The notes beneath the pieces were generated by a model. That model saw nothing but the letters and a program-made list of their open reading frames with translations. It ran no database searches and was not told the DNA's origin. DNA of 56,529 nucleotides, counting the filler, from Candidatus Woesearchaeota archaeon (lineage in GTDB: Archaea; Nanobdellota; Nanobdellia; Woesearchaeales; DATGWN01), in NCBI GenBank assembly GCA_047603125.1. It is 4 parts of 4 records of this genome, joined end to end, with 100 filler letters (N's around TTAATTAATTAA, not from the genome) between each part and the next. Parts side by side here need not be neighbours in the genome. Positions count along the whole stretch, not along the records: positions 1 to 25,834 come from JBLKOU010000012.1; positions 25,935 to 50,725 come from JBLKOU010000013.1; 2 more parts are not named here. The stretch is one strand, 5' to 3'. Shown in pieces: positions 20,699 through 29,500 of the stretch; the first letter of the stretch is position 1, and each line of letters opens with the position of its first letter. The translations under genes and the position numbers were made by a program.

Positions 20699-22054
20699 AT
20701 GACACGGGGTTTATCAATAGAAAGTTTGGGGTTACTTATAGGAGAAAATTACTATTCTCCAAGTATATTTGCGCAAGCCTACATTGGTGCAATGACAAGA
20801 AAACAGGTTCAAGAGGCGTTTTCCCAGGTTTGTCAGAAAAGTCTTGATGAAAAGATGACGCCGGTTCTGGCTGCATGCGTTGACCAAAAATTAAATCTTC
20901 GAGACCTCGAATCATTTGCACATAATTTTCGTGGCTCAAAAAAACTCATAAATCGTCATGCGCTCAAACCAACATCCAAAAAACTGCATAGGGGCTCTGT
21001 GGCAGTGACAAACCAGTTTGTTGCATTAGTAGAATCTCGCCATGATGGAAGAAAGCGTCGTGCGCAACAGATAAGTGCAAATCAAGCGCTCATACAAACA
21101 CCAGAAGATGCTCTCGGTATTGAGTTTCATGGTGGAAATCCAGTTTCACATCTTCGTCAACATCGGTTTACACATTTGAGTGAATTAACTGATCATGACA
21201 GGGATTTTTATAGAAGTATTCAACCAGCACTTCCAAAACTCAATTTTGTTGATTATCCACAAGCAGTCATGCTTTTTGGTTTGGAGCAAGGATTAAAAAA
21301 AGAGATTTTACTTCAATTTCAAAGCGATGTCTCTTCTTTTCGAGCATTTATTCCTTTTGCCTTTTCAAAAACACCCGAGCTTGCTTTTGAATCGGTATTG
21401 CGTGCATATGCACCAAATGATATGATAAAGGATGCAACTGGTGATGTAGAAAGAAATCAGGCTGCAATTGATCAGTACTTACTTGGAAAGGTTTTGCTCT
21501 CCTCGGACGCTAACGCATTGCTGAGAAAAAATCTTGCACGTCGCGGTATTACTCGCAGCAGTCGATACTTTGAATCTCGCCCCGCTGCTATTATTCGATC
21601 CCTTGAAGAGCATATGCTTGAAAGAAATCGAGTTTGTCGAGGTCTCTCGCTTGAATATGCAAATACTCCATTTCAAACAGCATCCATTGTCTATGATTTT
21701 CCCGATAGTTTTGCTGGCGGTGTGCGAATTTTATATGGCGATTCATTTCCCATGCCACTAGTCAAGTATGTTATTAGTGAAGACCAACCGCCCCAAGGTG
21801 AGTCCCGGCCGTTTGAGTATGTACGTACAAAAAATCCTACAACGCGTATTAATTGGGCAAGGGATAGAAATAGTAGAAAACCAATAAAAGTTGCAAGAGA
21901 AGTTGATTTTGCAACGGGAAAAAAGGTTCGAACAGTATTATATGAACCAACAGATGCTGTTTTAGATCGTGCTGCGCAATTGTTATCTCAACGAGGAATT
22001 TTAACGACTGCCTACGCTCTTCGTAGTGGATATATTTACGGGAGTGCAAAGTGA
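20699..22054 (+). CDS. Hypothetical protein (~450 aa)
   Basis: Long ORF filling the intergenic space; no family recognised. Confidence 0.7.
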   Translation: MTRGLSIESLGLLIGENYYSPSIFAQAYIGAMTRKQVQEAFSQVCQKSLDEKMTPVLAACVDQKLNLRDLESFAHNFRGSKKLINRHALKPTSKKLHRGSVAVTNQFVALVESRHDGRKRRAQQISANQALIQTPEDALGIEFHGGNPVSHLRQHRFTHLSELTDHDRDFYRSIQPALPKLNFVDYPQAVMLFGLEQGLKKEILLQFQSDVSSFRAFIPFAFSKTPELAFESVLRAYAPNDMIKDATGDVERNQAAIDQYLLGKVLLSSDANALLRKNLARRGITRSSRYFESRPAAIIRSLEEHMLERNRVCRGLSLEYANTPFQTASIVYDFPDSFAGGVRILYGDSFPMPLVKYVISEDQPPQGESRPFEYVRTKNPTTRINWARDRNSRKPIKVAREVDFATGKKVRTVLYEPTDAVLDRAAQLLSQRGILTTAYALRSGYIYGSAK

Positions 22055-22068
22055 GGCTAAAGATTGAT

Positions 22069-22269
22069 TCATTTTGACAGGTCTCGCTTTTGTAAGATTT
22101 CTTCAATTGAGACACAGTCGGACGTATCTAGTAGGAGTTTAGCGATCATATTCTCAGTTGTCTGTTTATACATCCGTTGAATAACATCATCGTATGTTTC
22201 TCCCATTTTTCCTAGAGATTTTATGAGATCTCTTGTTCGAGAATCCACTTGAATCATTGTTTTTGTCAT
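22069..22269 (-). CDS. Small ribbon-helix-helix/antitoxin-like DNA-binding protein
   Basis: 'TMIQVDSRTRDLIKSLGKMGETYDDVIQRM' is a typical archaeal RHH antitoxin-like pattern. Confidence 0.7.
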   Translation of the reverse strand: MTKTMIQVDSRTRDLIKSLGKMGETYDDVIQRMYKQTTENMIAKLLLDTSDCVSIEEILQKRDLSK

Positions 22270-22410
22270 TTTAAATTATTATATAATATATGTCTATTAA
22301 TTCGTCACCCATACTGTTTTTTTTGAGCATTCTCATTTAAAATATTTTAGTAATTAATTTATAAATTAAGTAATAACCTGAAAAAAACTGTCACATCAAT
22401 CAACAAGAAC

Positions 22411-22420
22411 CTTTATAAAC
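22411..22420 (+). promoter_or_regulatory. BRE/TATA promoter of rps3ae
   Basis: AAGAAC-CTTTATAAAC about 70 bp upstream of the ATG. Confidence 0.55.
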
Positions 22421-22490
22421 CCCTTCCAAATTCTCTCATCCACTCATTGGTAAATAAATAACTGGCAATGCCAATGAATAAGGTAAAAAA

Positions 22491-23078
22491 ATGGCAAAAA
22501 AAGATTCAAATACACAACTTGCATGGAAAAAGAAAAAATGGTATGAACTCATCGCACCAGAATTATTTGCAAGACAAAGTATCGGATTTTCTTTATTAGC
22601 TGATCCAAAATCGCTTCTAGGAAAATCAGTCAAAGTTAATTTAATGAACTTGACAAAGAACATTAAAAAACAACATATCAATGTTACATTCAAAGTTACA
22701 GATATCATTGAAAACAAGGGACAAACAACACCTGTTTTATATGAAATCGTTCCTTCGTCCATTAAGCGACTCGTTCGAAGTGGTCGAGATAGAATTGATG
22801 ATTCATTTTTAGTAAAAACACAAGATGAGCAATATGTGCGAATAAAGCCGCTTTTGATAACTCGTTCTCATGAACCTGCTGCACTTATTAGTGAAGCACG
22901 ACGAATTGCAGTTACAACACTTCGAGAGAGCGCAAAAGAAATTACGTATGAACAATTGTTCAAACAAATTGTTGAAGGCACAATGCAAAAACAACTCAAA
23001 GATGCTGTGCAAAAAAAAGTATTCTTACGCACAGCTGAAATTCGAGTTGTCAGTCTTGTTCAAGACAAGAAAAAATAA
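22491..23078 (+). CDS. rps3ae: 30S ribosomal protein S3Ae (eS1)
   Basis: 'WKKKKWYELIAPELF', 'SIKRLVR', 'AEIR'. Confidence 0.92.
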   Translation: MAKKDSNTQLAWKKKKWYELIAPELFARQSIGFSLLADPKSLLGKSVKVNLMNLTKNIKKQHINVTFKVTDIIENKGQTTPVLYEIVPSSIKRLVRSGRDRIDDSFLVKTQDEQYVRIKPLLITRSHEPAALISEARRIAVTTLRESAKEITYEQLFKQIVEGTMQKQLKDAVQKKVFLRTAEIRVVSLVQDKKK

Positions 23079-23246
23079 ATTTTTACAAATCTCGTGCCAT
23101 AATGGTCGTTCGACCATTATTTTGTGCACGATTTTTTGATTTCTCAATTAACTGCGTCACCAACTCTTCAAGTTGCGGGTAGTAGTCTTTCGAGACAGAC
23201 ATCTGGCCAGCTAATTCTTTGACCTTTTGTCGAACTATAACACCAC

Positions 23247-23573
23247 TCATCGCTTTTTCTTGCGTCGGATTGCTGCTGAAGCTGCTGCGCCAATTGCTGC
23301 TGCTGCTCCCACTGCTACTGCTGCTGCTTGTTTCGGGTGCTTTTTAACAAAGTTTTTCACTTTACTCGCTGTTGAGCTTGTTTTTTTCTTTGCCACAGTC
23401 GCTGTTTTTGCAGTTGTTTTCTTTGCCTTTTTCACAACTGATTTTGCAGTTTTTTTTGCACTCTTTACTGTTTTTTTCACAGCTTTTTTTGCAGCTTTCG
23501 CTGGGGATGTTGTTGATTTTTTTACTGCTTTAGTTGATTTTTTCGCAGCCTTTTTTGTAACTTTTTTTACCAT
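23247..23573 (-). CDS. Lys/Ala/Thr-rich histone H1-like basic protein with hydrophobic C-terminal segment
   Basis: Repeated KKA/AKK/VKK units; GAGGT SD upstream; ends AAAVAVGAAAAIGAAASAAIRRKKKR. Confidence 0.7.
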   Translation of the reverse strand: MVKKVTKKAAKKSTKAVKKSTTSPAKAAKKAVKKTVKSAKKTAKSVVKKAKKTTAKTATVAKKKTSSTASKVKNFVKKHPKQAAAVAVGAAAAIGAAASAAIRRKKKR

Positions 23574-23668
23574 GAGTATTACCTCGCTTGTATTTGAGTA
23601 GTTAGGGTTTATAAACGTATATCTTTTTTGTGAGAAAACTTATAAAAAACCGGACTTTTTTGGCAACT

Positions 23669-25273
23669 ATGAACATTACGATTATTGATTGTTATACGGA
23701 TGAGCCGTCAGGATTTGGTGTACCTCCTTATATGGGTGTCTATCCTCGATATTTGGCGGGCTTTTTGAAAAAAAAGTATCCGCAGGCAACGATCACTTTT
23801 TTGACAATTGATGACATCCGCTATTTTGATCCGACATATATTCCAAAAAAAGTCAAACCGGGTATGCCCAAAGATTCAGATATTTTTGTATTAAATAGAA
23901 CTGGTGCGCATGTCCCTTCCGTTCTTAAAAACACCGATCAATTATACACTATTGTTGGTGTACAAGTTCCGGGAAAGTACTTGAGTGCTGTTCCAGGAAC
24001 ATTTAAAGAAATAACGACGCTTTTAGAGCGCTATGGTATTTTTCGTGATGTATCGGGAATAAAAAAACATTCTTTGGATATTTGCGCATTTGCAGGACCT
24101 GCCATGTCTGAATTTGGTACGCAGGTGCAGGGAGGAAAGTTTGCTGAAGCTGCCTTAAAGATAATTGATAAAACAATGGAGAACATTCAAATTCTTTGCG
24201 AGGATTTTTTTATTGATTATTCAAAACTCAACGAGTATGCGGTCTTAGGTGCACAAATAATTACGCCTCAATTTCCAAAACCTTGCATCGTTGAAATGGA
24301 GACCAGTCGCGGGTGCTATAGGACGAAAAATTGTTCATTTTGTACTGAACCCCTCTCTGACAGACAGTCTTTTCGGGAACAGATGGATATAGTAAGTGAG
24401 ATGAAAACATTTTATGATTTAGGTATACGTCATTTTCGTTTTGGCCGTCAGACGTGTTTTTTCTCTTATAAGCGTCACAATGCAAAAGAACTAGAGCAAT
24501 TATTTGAATTGACGTGGAAGGCAATGCCGGACATAAAAGTCTTACACATAGATAATGTTGATCCGGTTCGAGTAATCACACCAATTGGTATTGAAATGAC
24601 AAAGCTTACAGTAAAATATTGCACGCCAGGAAATATTGCACCCTTTGGTGTGGAAACATTTGATGCACAAGTTTGTAAGAAAAATGATCTTAATTCCTAT
24701 CCGCAAACATCAATGCGTGCAATTCAGATTATAAATGAACATGGGAAGGAACGTGGCGAGAACGGCATGCCAAAATTATTACCGGGGATAAATATTCTTT
24801 TCGGGTTAATTGGAGAGAGCAAGCAAACACACCAACAAAACATGGAGCATTTTAGCCAGATTGTAAAAAATGATTGGTGGCTTCGAAGAATTAATATTCG
24901 TCAAGTTGTTCCTTATTATGGAACAAAATTATATGCTGAGGCAAAAAATAAATTTATAAAAAAGAATAAACAATATTATTTTTCCTGGAGAAGACAAATT
25001 CGAGAAGAGATTGATCAAAAACTTCTCGAACAAGTTTTTCCTGTTGGAATTGTCATAAAAGATTGCATGGCAGAAGTGCACAAGCGCGGGGTTACTTACT
25101 TTCGTCAACTTGCAACATATCCAATTATTATTGGTGTGAAAGGCGAGTATGATCTCAAAAAATTTTATGACATCAAAATTACAGATAATATGCTACGAAG
25201 TCTCAAAGGAGAAGTCGTACAATTATCGGAGGATCAATTTGAAGCATATCCGAAAACATATAGTGAGCGGTGA
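23669..25273 (+). CDS. Radical SAM protein (archaeal, with C-terminal TRAM-like region)
   Basis: 'IIDCYTDEPSGFGVPPY', 'ETSRGCYRTKNCSFCTEP' (Cx5Cx2C), 'LLPGINILFGLIGE'. Confidence 0.88.
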   Translation: MNITIIDCYTDEPSGFGVPPYMGVYPRYLAGFLKKKYPQATITFLTIDDIRYFDPTYIPKKVKPGMPKDSDIFVLNRTGAHVPSVLKNTDQLYTIVGVQVPGKYLSAVPGTFKEITTLLERYGIFRDVSGIKKHSLDICAFAGPAMSEFGTQVQGGKFAEAALKIIDKTMENIQILCEDFFIDYSKLNEYAVLGAQIITPQFPKPCIVEMETSRGCYRTKNCSFCTEPLSDRQSFREQMDIVSEMKTFYDLGIRHFRFGRQTCFFSYKRHNAKELEQLFELTWKAMPDIKVLHIDNVDPVRVITPIGIEMTKLTVKYCTPGNIAPFGVETFDAQVCKKNDLNSYPQTSMRAIQIINEHGKERGENGMPKLLPGINILFGLIGESKQTHQQNMEHFSQIVKNDWWLRRINIRQVVPYYGTKLYAEAKNKFIKKNKQYYFSWRRQIREEIDQKLLEQVFPVGIVIKDCMAEVHKRGVTYFRQLATYPIIIGVKGEYDLKKFYDIKITDNMLRSLKGEVVQLSEDQFEAYPKTYSER

Positions 25274-25400
25274 GTTTACGCTTAAACAAAAAGATGAGAA
25301 TGGACGGGAAAACCCAACAATAACACCTCCTCGGTATTCTCCCCATGATAAATATGGAAAATATCGAAGGCTTGCAAAGCGTCAATCTTGGCAGGAATAG
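25239..25400 (+). CDS. nop10: H/ACA RNP protein Nop10
   Basis: GGAGG SD then TTG; 'FTLK....G.......PPRYSPHDKYGKYRR'. Confidence 0.88.
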   Translation: MKHIRKHIVSGEFTLKQKDENGRENPTITPPRYSPHDKYGKYRRLAKRQSWQE

Positions 25401-25403
25401 AAA

Positions 25404-25766
25404 TTAAAAATTAAGTGTTTTTAAGGCATTCAACAGAGATATGCTTGCATTTTCCTGCTCTTTTTTCTTGAATTGAGCTCGTGTTTCAAGTGATGCATAT
25501 GTTCCGTGTCCGACAAGATAATATCGTTCTCCACAAACCAAGCGTTCTTTTAGAGCGCGGCTCATATGGGTTTGAGTTGGAGTTGTTTTGTATACGCCAA
25601 TAAGTGAACCTGGTACCTGAGAAGCGTTTTCTCCAAGAATATGCGATGCACAGTAAAGTGTGTCATTATTTTGATGAAAAAAGAGTCCTAATTGTGCAAA
25701 TGAGGGCAGACCGTGGAGTCGACGACCGTCAAAACGTACTGGTGTTGTACCAATGTATGCATTCAT
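25404..25766 (-). CDS. Hypothetical protein
   Basis: 120-aa ORF with an upstream TATA-like motif; no family recognised. Confidence 0.55.
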   Translation of the reverse strand: MNAYIGTTPVRFDGRRLHGLPSFAQLGLFFHQNNDTLYCASHILGENASQVPGSLIGVYKTTPTQTHMSRALKERLVCGERYYLVGHGTYASLETRAQFKKKEQENASISLLNALKTLNF

Positions 25767-25834
25767 CTATGTTAAACCTCGCATGTTTTTATAGCTTTTC
25801 ATTTTTTGTTTGTATTTTTCCAAATACCTCTCAC

Positions 25835-25934
25835 NNNNNNNNNNNNNNNNNNNNNNNNNNNNNNNNNNNNNNNNNNNNTTAATTAATTAANNNNNNNNNN
25901 NNNNNNNNNNNNNNNNNNNNNNNNNNNNNNNNNN
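25835..25934. other. Artificial contig spacer
   Basis: 44 N + TTAATTAATTAA + 44 N; identical at three positions. Confidence 0.98.
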
Positions 25935-26242
25935 CGAAGTTGAATAAAGCGCTCAGGAGAGCTATGCCCCCCTTGCAACCAACATCGACGGCCATCAATA
26001 TACACATCGTCAACACGAATCATATATGGCTCGTTATTTCGAATAGTAAACACCGTCTTAAACGTATCAACCGAATAATCAGTAATCGCAACTGGTTGTG
26101 AAGACAATGCCGCGCGAGCAGCCTGCTCGCTAATTCCGCCACCAATACCAGGAATCCCACCTAAAGAACCGACGACTATCAGAGCGATAATAATAACAAC
26201 AGCAGTTATTACAAGATACTCAGTAGCAGTTTGCGATTTCAT
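25935..26242 (-). CDS. Class III signal peptide (archaeal pilin-like) protein, truncated by the contig end
   Basis: 'MKSQTATEYLVITAVVIIIALIVV' fits the K-S/Q-x-x-x-E-Y prepilin pattern. Confidence 0.8.
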
Positions 26243-26276
26243 AGACAATTTATAGTGCCCTGCGCCGTTTATAAAA

Positions 26277-27050
26277 CTATTTTCGAGAAAATTGTAGCTC
26301 TGCAACTAAATCCTTATGCAAGTCAAGTAACTCTTGATGAATGCGATTCTTATCATGTTTGGATAATTGTGCATACGCTTGACGTAGTTGTGCATATTGC
26401 TGCTGCGCTTTGTTAATATCATGGCGAATGAGATGATGATAAATATAAAAAATCTCTTGTTGCATATGACGAACTGTTGGGCGAATACTTGTAGAAAAAA
26501 CATCTTTTGCACTTTTTTGTCCATCATCAGTTGCTTTTTGTGCAAAACGTTTTTGTAAATACGCAATATCATGATCAAAAGTAAGCAATTTTTCATCAGC
26601 ATGGTCAAATGTTAAAAGTGCTTGCGAAGACTGAGTCTGTTCTTTTACTTGCACCTCTTGATGACGAGCATCCAAGTTCTGTTCTTTTTCAAGTAATTGC
26701 GCATGCAATTCTTTTATTTCTCTTCGCAACTGCCCTAATTCTTGTTGTTGGTATGATATCGTAATCGTTTTATTTTCTAATTCTTCACGCAATCGCAAAA
26801 TTTCACGATATTCTTTTTCTTTAGAAACAATGTCTTTTTCTCTAGTCAAAATTCTTTGATGAAGTGCCTCTAATTCCTGTTCTTTTTTTTGTGCCATCTG
26901 TTCTCGTTCTTTGACTTGTTGATGGCGTTCACGCATATCATAATCTAAACGGCGATACTTCGTATCTAAGAATTCTTGGTGACGTTGTAGATGATCTTGT
27001 GAAGCTTGTTCAGGTAAAGGCGGCAAATCATTTCCAGGCATACTACGCAT
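26277..27050 (-). CDS. Hypothetical coiled-coil protein
   Basis: E/Q/K/R-rich heptads; 257 aa. Confidence 0.7.
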   Translation of the reverse strand: MRSMPGNDLPPLPEQASQDHLQRHQEFLDTKYRRLDYDMRERHQQVKEREQMAQKKEQELEALHQRILTREKDIVSKEKEYREILRLREELENKTITISYQQQELGQLRREIKELHAQLLEKEQNLDARHQEVQVKEQTQSSQALLTFDHADEKLLTFDHDIAYLQKRFAQKATDDGQKSAKDVFSTSIRPTVRHMQQEIFYIYHHLIRHDINKAQQQYAQLRQAYAQLSKHDKNRIHQELLDLHKDLVAELQFSRK

Positions 27051-27073
27051 ATACCAGTTCCCATATAAAAACC

Positions 27074-28162
27074 TTAGTTATCATTACTTAATACTAAATC
27101 TTTTGCCCAACCCTTTGGAGCAGGCTTCCAATCTACCAAGTTGTGTAATGCCTCAACTTCAACTTTGCTCAAACCTGAAGCATCTATCGTTTCCAAGGTT
27201 AATTTATTGGCACTAGTCTTATTTTGCTTAATTTTTTCTTTAATAGGCCCATCATAATTCAAATCAAACTCTTTTTGTTCTATTACCGGCGCATACGTAT
27301 ACACTATTTTCTCTAAAAGCGAAACTGCTCTGGCACGCTGCTTCATTACCAGCTCGATTTGTGGCACAGACTGTTGAAAATGAGGTAATAACTGATCCTC
27401 AAAAAGGTGCGTATCCTGAGGTCTTGCAAGAACAGACAGCGTATGCCCATTATAGCTTGGAAGAGAATATCTAATAAATCCCGAAGTTTTCAAAAATGTT
27501 TGTAAGTGCCGAACACGGCGCGAACCCATGTTTGTTGCAATTTGCGGATTCTCTTCAAAAATACCTTGCATGTCGCGAATAGGAATTGAATGCCAAGTTT
27601 TCCCAGTTTTTCGCTCAGAAAAATTGCTTGTTCCATTCGTATAACCTCGCCATGCGGCCCGTCTCACATATTTTTTTGCATTTCTCAGCGTACGAATGGT
27701 ATTATTTTTAGAGCGATTACGAAATAATTGAACCGCTAAAAAGGCATTAACAATTTGACTCGGCACAACAACCATATCCCCATACGTTAATTTAATACTC
27801 TGCGCCTCCCCAGGCATTTTTTTACATGGAGTCCTGTCCGTTCTGTCAATTATACAATAATACAAAGGAATACGACTCTGAGCAGGCAAAACTGTTGAAT
27901 TTGAAAGATGAACATCATAATCCCCACATGTTGCAAAACCATAGGCTGATTGTTCCAAATTTAACTCTCCTTTCCCGTCACTTGATTTGAATTCAAAAGC
28001 AAGAAATCTACCTTCATCCCCGTAAGGCCGAGAAACCGCATCCGGAAGTCTGTTTCCATCATCAATTTGAACTAAATCAAACAATCTTCTCCCTAAACCC
28101 TCACTTACCACACCTAAGGCCAAATGTTTTTTATAAATATTAGAATAATGCGTATATGCCAC
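27074..28162 (-). CDS. Hypothetical protein with a possible PD-(D/E)xK nuclease motif
   Basis: 'VSE..GRRLF...RLPDAV...FLAFEFKSS' near the N-terminus. Confidence 0.55.
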   Translation of the reverse strand: MAYTHYSNIYKKHLALGVVSEGLGRRLFDLVQIDDGNRLPDAVSRPYGDEGRFLAFEFKSSDGKGELNLEQSAYGFATCGDYDVHLSNSTVLPAQSRIPLYYCIIDRTDRTPCKKMPGEAQSIKLTYGDMVVVPSQIVNAFLAVQLFRNRSKNNTIRTLRNAKKYVRRAAWRGYTNGTSNFSERKTGKTWHSIPIRDMQGIFEENPQIATNMGSRRVRHLQTFLKTSGFIRYSLPSYNGHTLSVLARPQDTHLFEDQLLPHFQQSVPQIELVMKQRARAVSLLEKIVYTYAPVIEQKEFDLNYDGPIKEKIKQNKTSANKLTLETIDASGLSKVEVEALHNLVDWKPAPKGWAKDLVLSNDN

Positions 28163-28220
28163 TGTTACTTCTCCCCAAAAGCAACGGAAAAAAACCTTAT
28201 TTATATATGTTCACATAATT

Positions 28221-28377
28221 TAGGCTTCATCCAAAAAATAAGAAAAAAAAGCACCTTGCAGTAAAGTCAGAAAATTCAACGATTTATGTAGTTGAATTTT
28301 CGCATAATTCTCAAAGCGGGACTCTTGAGCCAAGTCTGCGTGCTTTTTTTTGAAAAACAATTATTGGATGAAGCCTA
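28221..28377. repeat. Structured repeat family A, copy 4 (MITE-like; lacks the internal module)
   Basis: Same 14-bp TIR as copy 1; flanked on both sides by TAATT. Confidence 0.9.
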
Positions 28378-28421
28378 TAATTTAAAAAAACTACAGAAAA
28401 ATAGAAAGTAAAATAAAAAAA

Positions 28422-28676
28422 TTAAATATGCTCTTGTTTTTGTGCAACACGAGCTTCCTGATCATCAAACTCATCCATACTTGGCATATCACGAATAACA
28501 CGAAGAGGAATAACACCTTGCTCAAGTTCTAATTTTGCAATTTCAATCGGACTATATTTTATTTTTTCTAATAATTCCTCAGTCAATTCAATCTTTACAG
28601 GCGCACCCATAGAAATTTGCAATGCTCTTGCTCCAATTAACTTTGCTCGCTCATATTTTGTATATTGTTCTGTCAT
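28422..28676 (-). CDS. rpoK: RNA polymerase subunit Rpo6 (K)
   Basis: 'YTKYERAKLIGARALQISMGAP..IAKLEL..IPL'. Confidence 0.96.
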   Translation of the reverse strand: MTEQYTKYERAKLIGARALQISMGAPVKIELTEELLEKIKYSPIEIAKLELEQGVIPLRVIRDMPSMDEFDDQEARVAQKQEHI

Positions 28677-28722
28677 AGTCCTAACCAAGTATAAATATAA
28701 TAAAAAGGCAAATGCTGCCCTT

Positions 28723-29499
28723 TTATAAATGTTTTCTCAAATCCTGTGCAGACTTTGTTGCCAAGTCAACCATTGCACCAACATCTTCTAATGACAATGT
28801 GCCTGAGCCACCCTTTTGCATAGCAACAATAGTTCCATCCTCAATTGTCGTAATTGTCAATCGAGAATCTGCAGCAACTTCTTCTGCTTCTGTCGGATCT
28901 ACATAGAGTTGATCTTTTATTTTATAAACAGTCACAGCAATTGGTTGCTTGACAAGAGGCATTTTCTCTTTTGAAGGATTTTTGTAGTCAATTTGTTGTG
29001 TTTTTTCATCATATGTTGGAAATCGTGCATCTTTAAGCGCAGCCATAACTGCCAAAGACGCCAAATCTAAAATATTTCCATCAGCATTTAATGTACACAC
29101 ATCAAGTGAGACCATCCATACTTTTTCTCCTTCTTGAATACAGAGTTTTTTCATATCAATGCAATGACTCTCACGAACACCACGATCAACAACCCGGGAA
29201 AGTTCAATTGCCTCTACTCCAGGCGGCCCTACATCATAAGAAGGATTTGATAATGGAAGCAATTGTACATCAACCATCAGCATTCCTTGATCCGCTGCAT
29301 CAGCATATGGCGTTGCAGTACTTAATTTAACACCAGCAATAACAGTTGAGTTTCCAAATGTCACTTTAGCTGAGCCTTCTGCGTTTTTGGAAACGCCTGT
29401 CTCCACGCTCACAGTCCGATATTGATCAGCCTTTCGACCATCGTAGCGCAAATTTTGCGTAATTGCTCGCGTTACATGATTTTTAAAAGAGTGTTTCAT
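28723..29499 (-). CDS. rrp42: Exosome subunit Rrp42
   Basis: 'RYDGR....YR', 'AEGSAKV', 'ELSRVVDRGVRES'; operon context. Confidence 0.95.
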   Translation of the reverse strand: MKHSFKNHVTRAITQNLRYDGRKADQYRTVSVETGVSKNAEGSAKVTFGNSTVIAGVKLSTATPYADAADQGMLMVDVQLLPLSNPSYDVGPPGVEAIELSRVVDRGVRESHCIDMKKLCIQEGEKVWMVSLDVCTLNADGNILDLASLAVMAALKDARFPTYDEKTQQIDYKNPSKEKMPLVKQPIAVTVYKIKDQLYVDPTEAEEVAADSRLTITTIEDGTIVAMQKGGSGTLSLEDVGAMVDLATKSAQDLRKHL

Positions 29500-29500
29500 T

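Noticed and set aside
23227..23601. 124-aa hydrophobic F/A-rich ORF on +
   Set aside because: Antisense shadow of the Lys/Ala-rich gene, which has the SD and promoter.
25879..25890. TTAATTAATTAA palindrome recurring three times
   Set aside because: It is centred in identical N runs; an artificial all-frame-stop linker.
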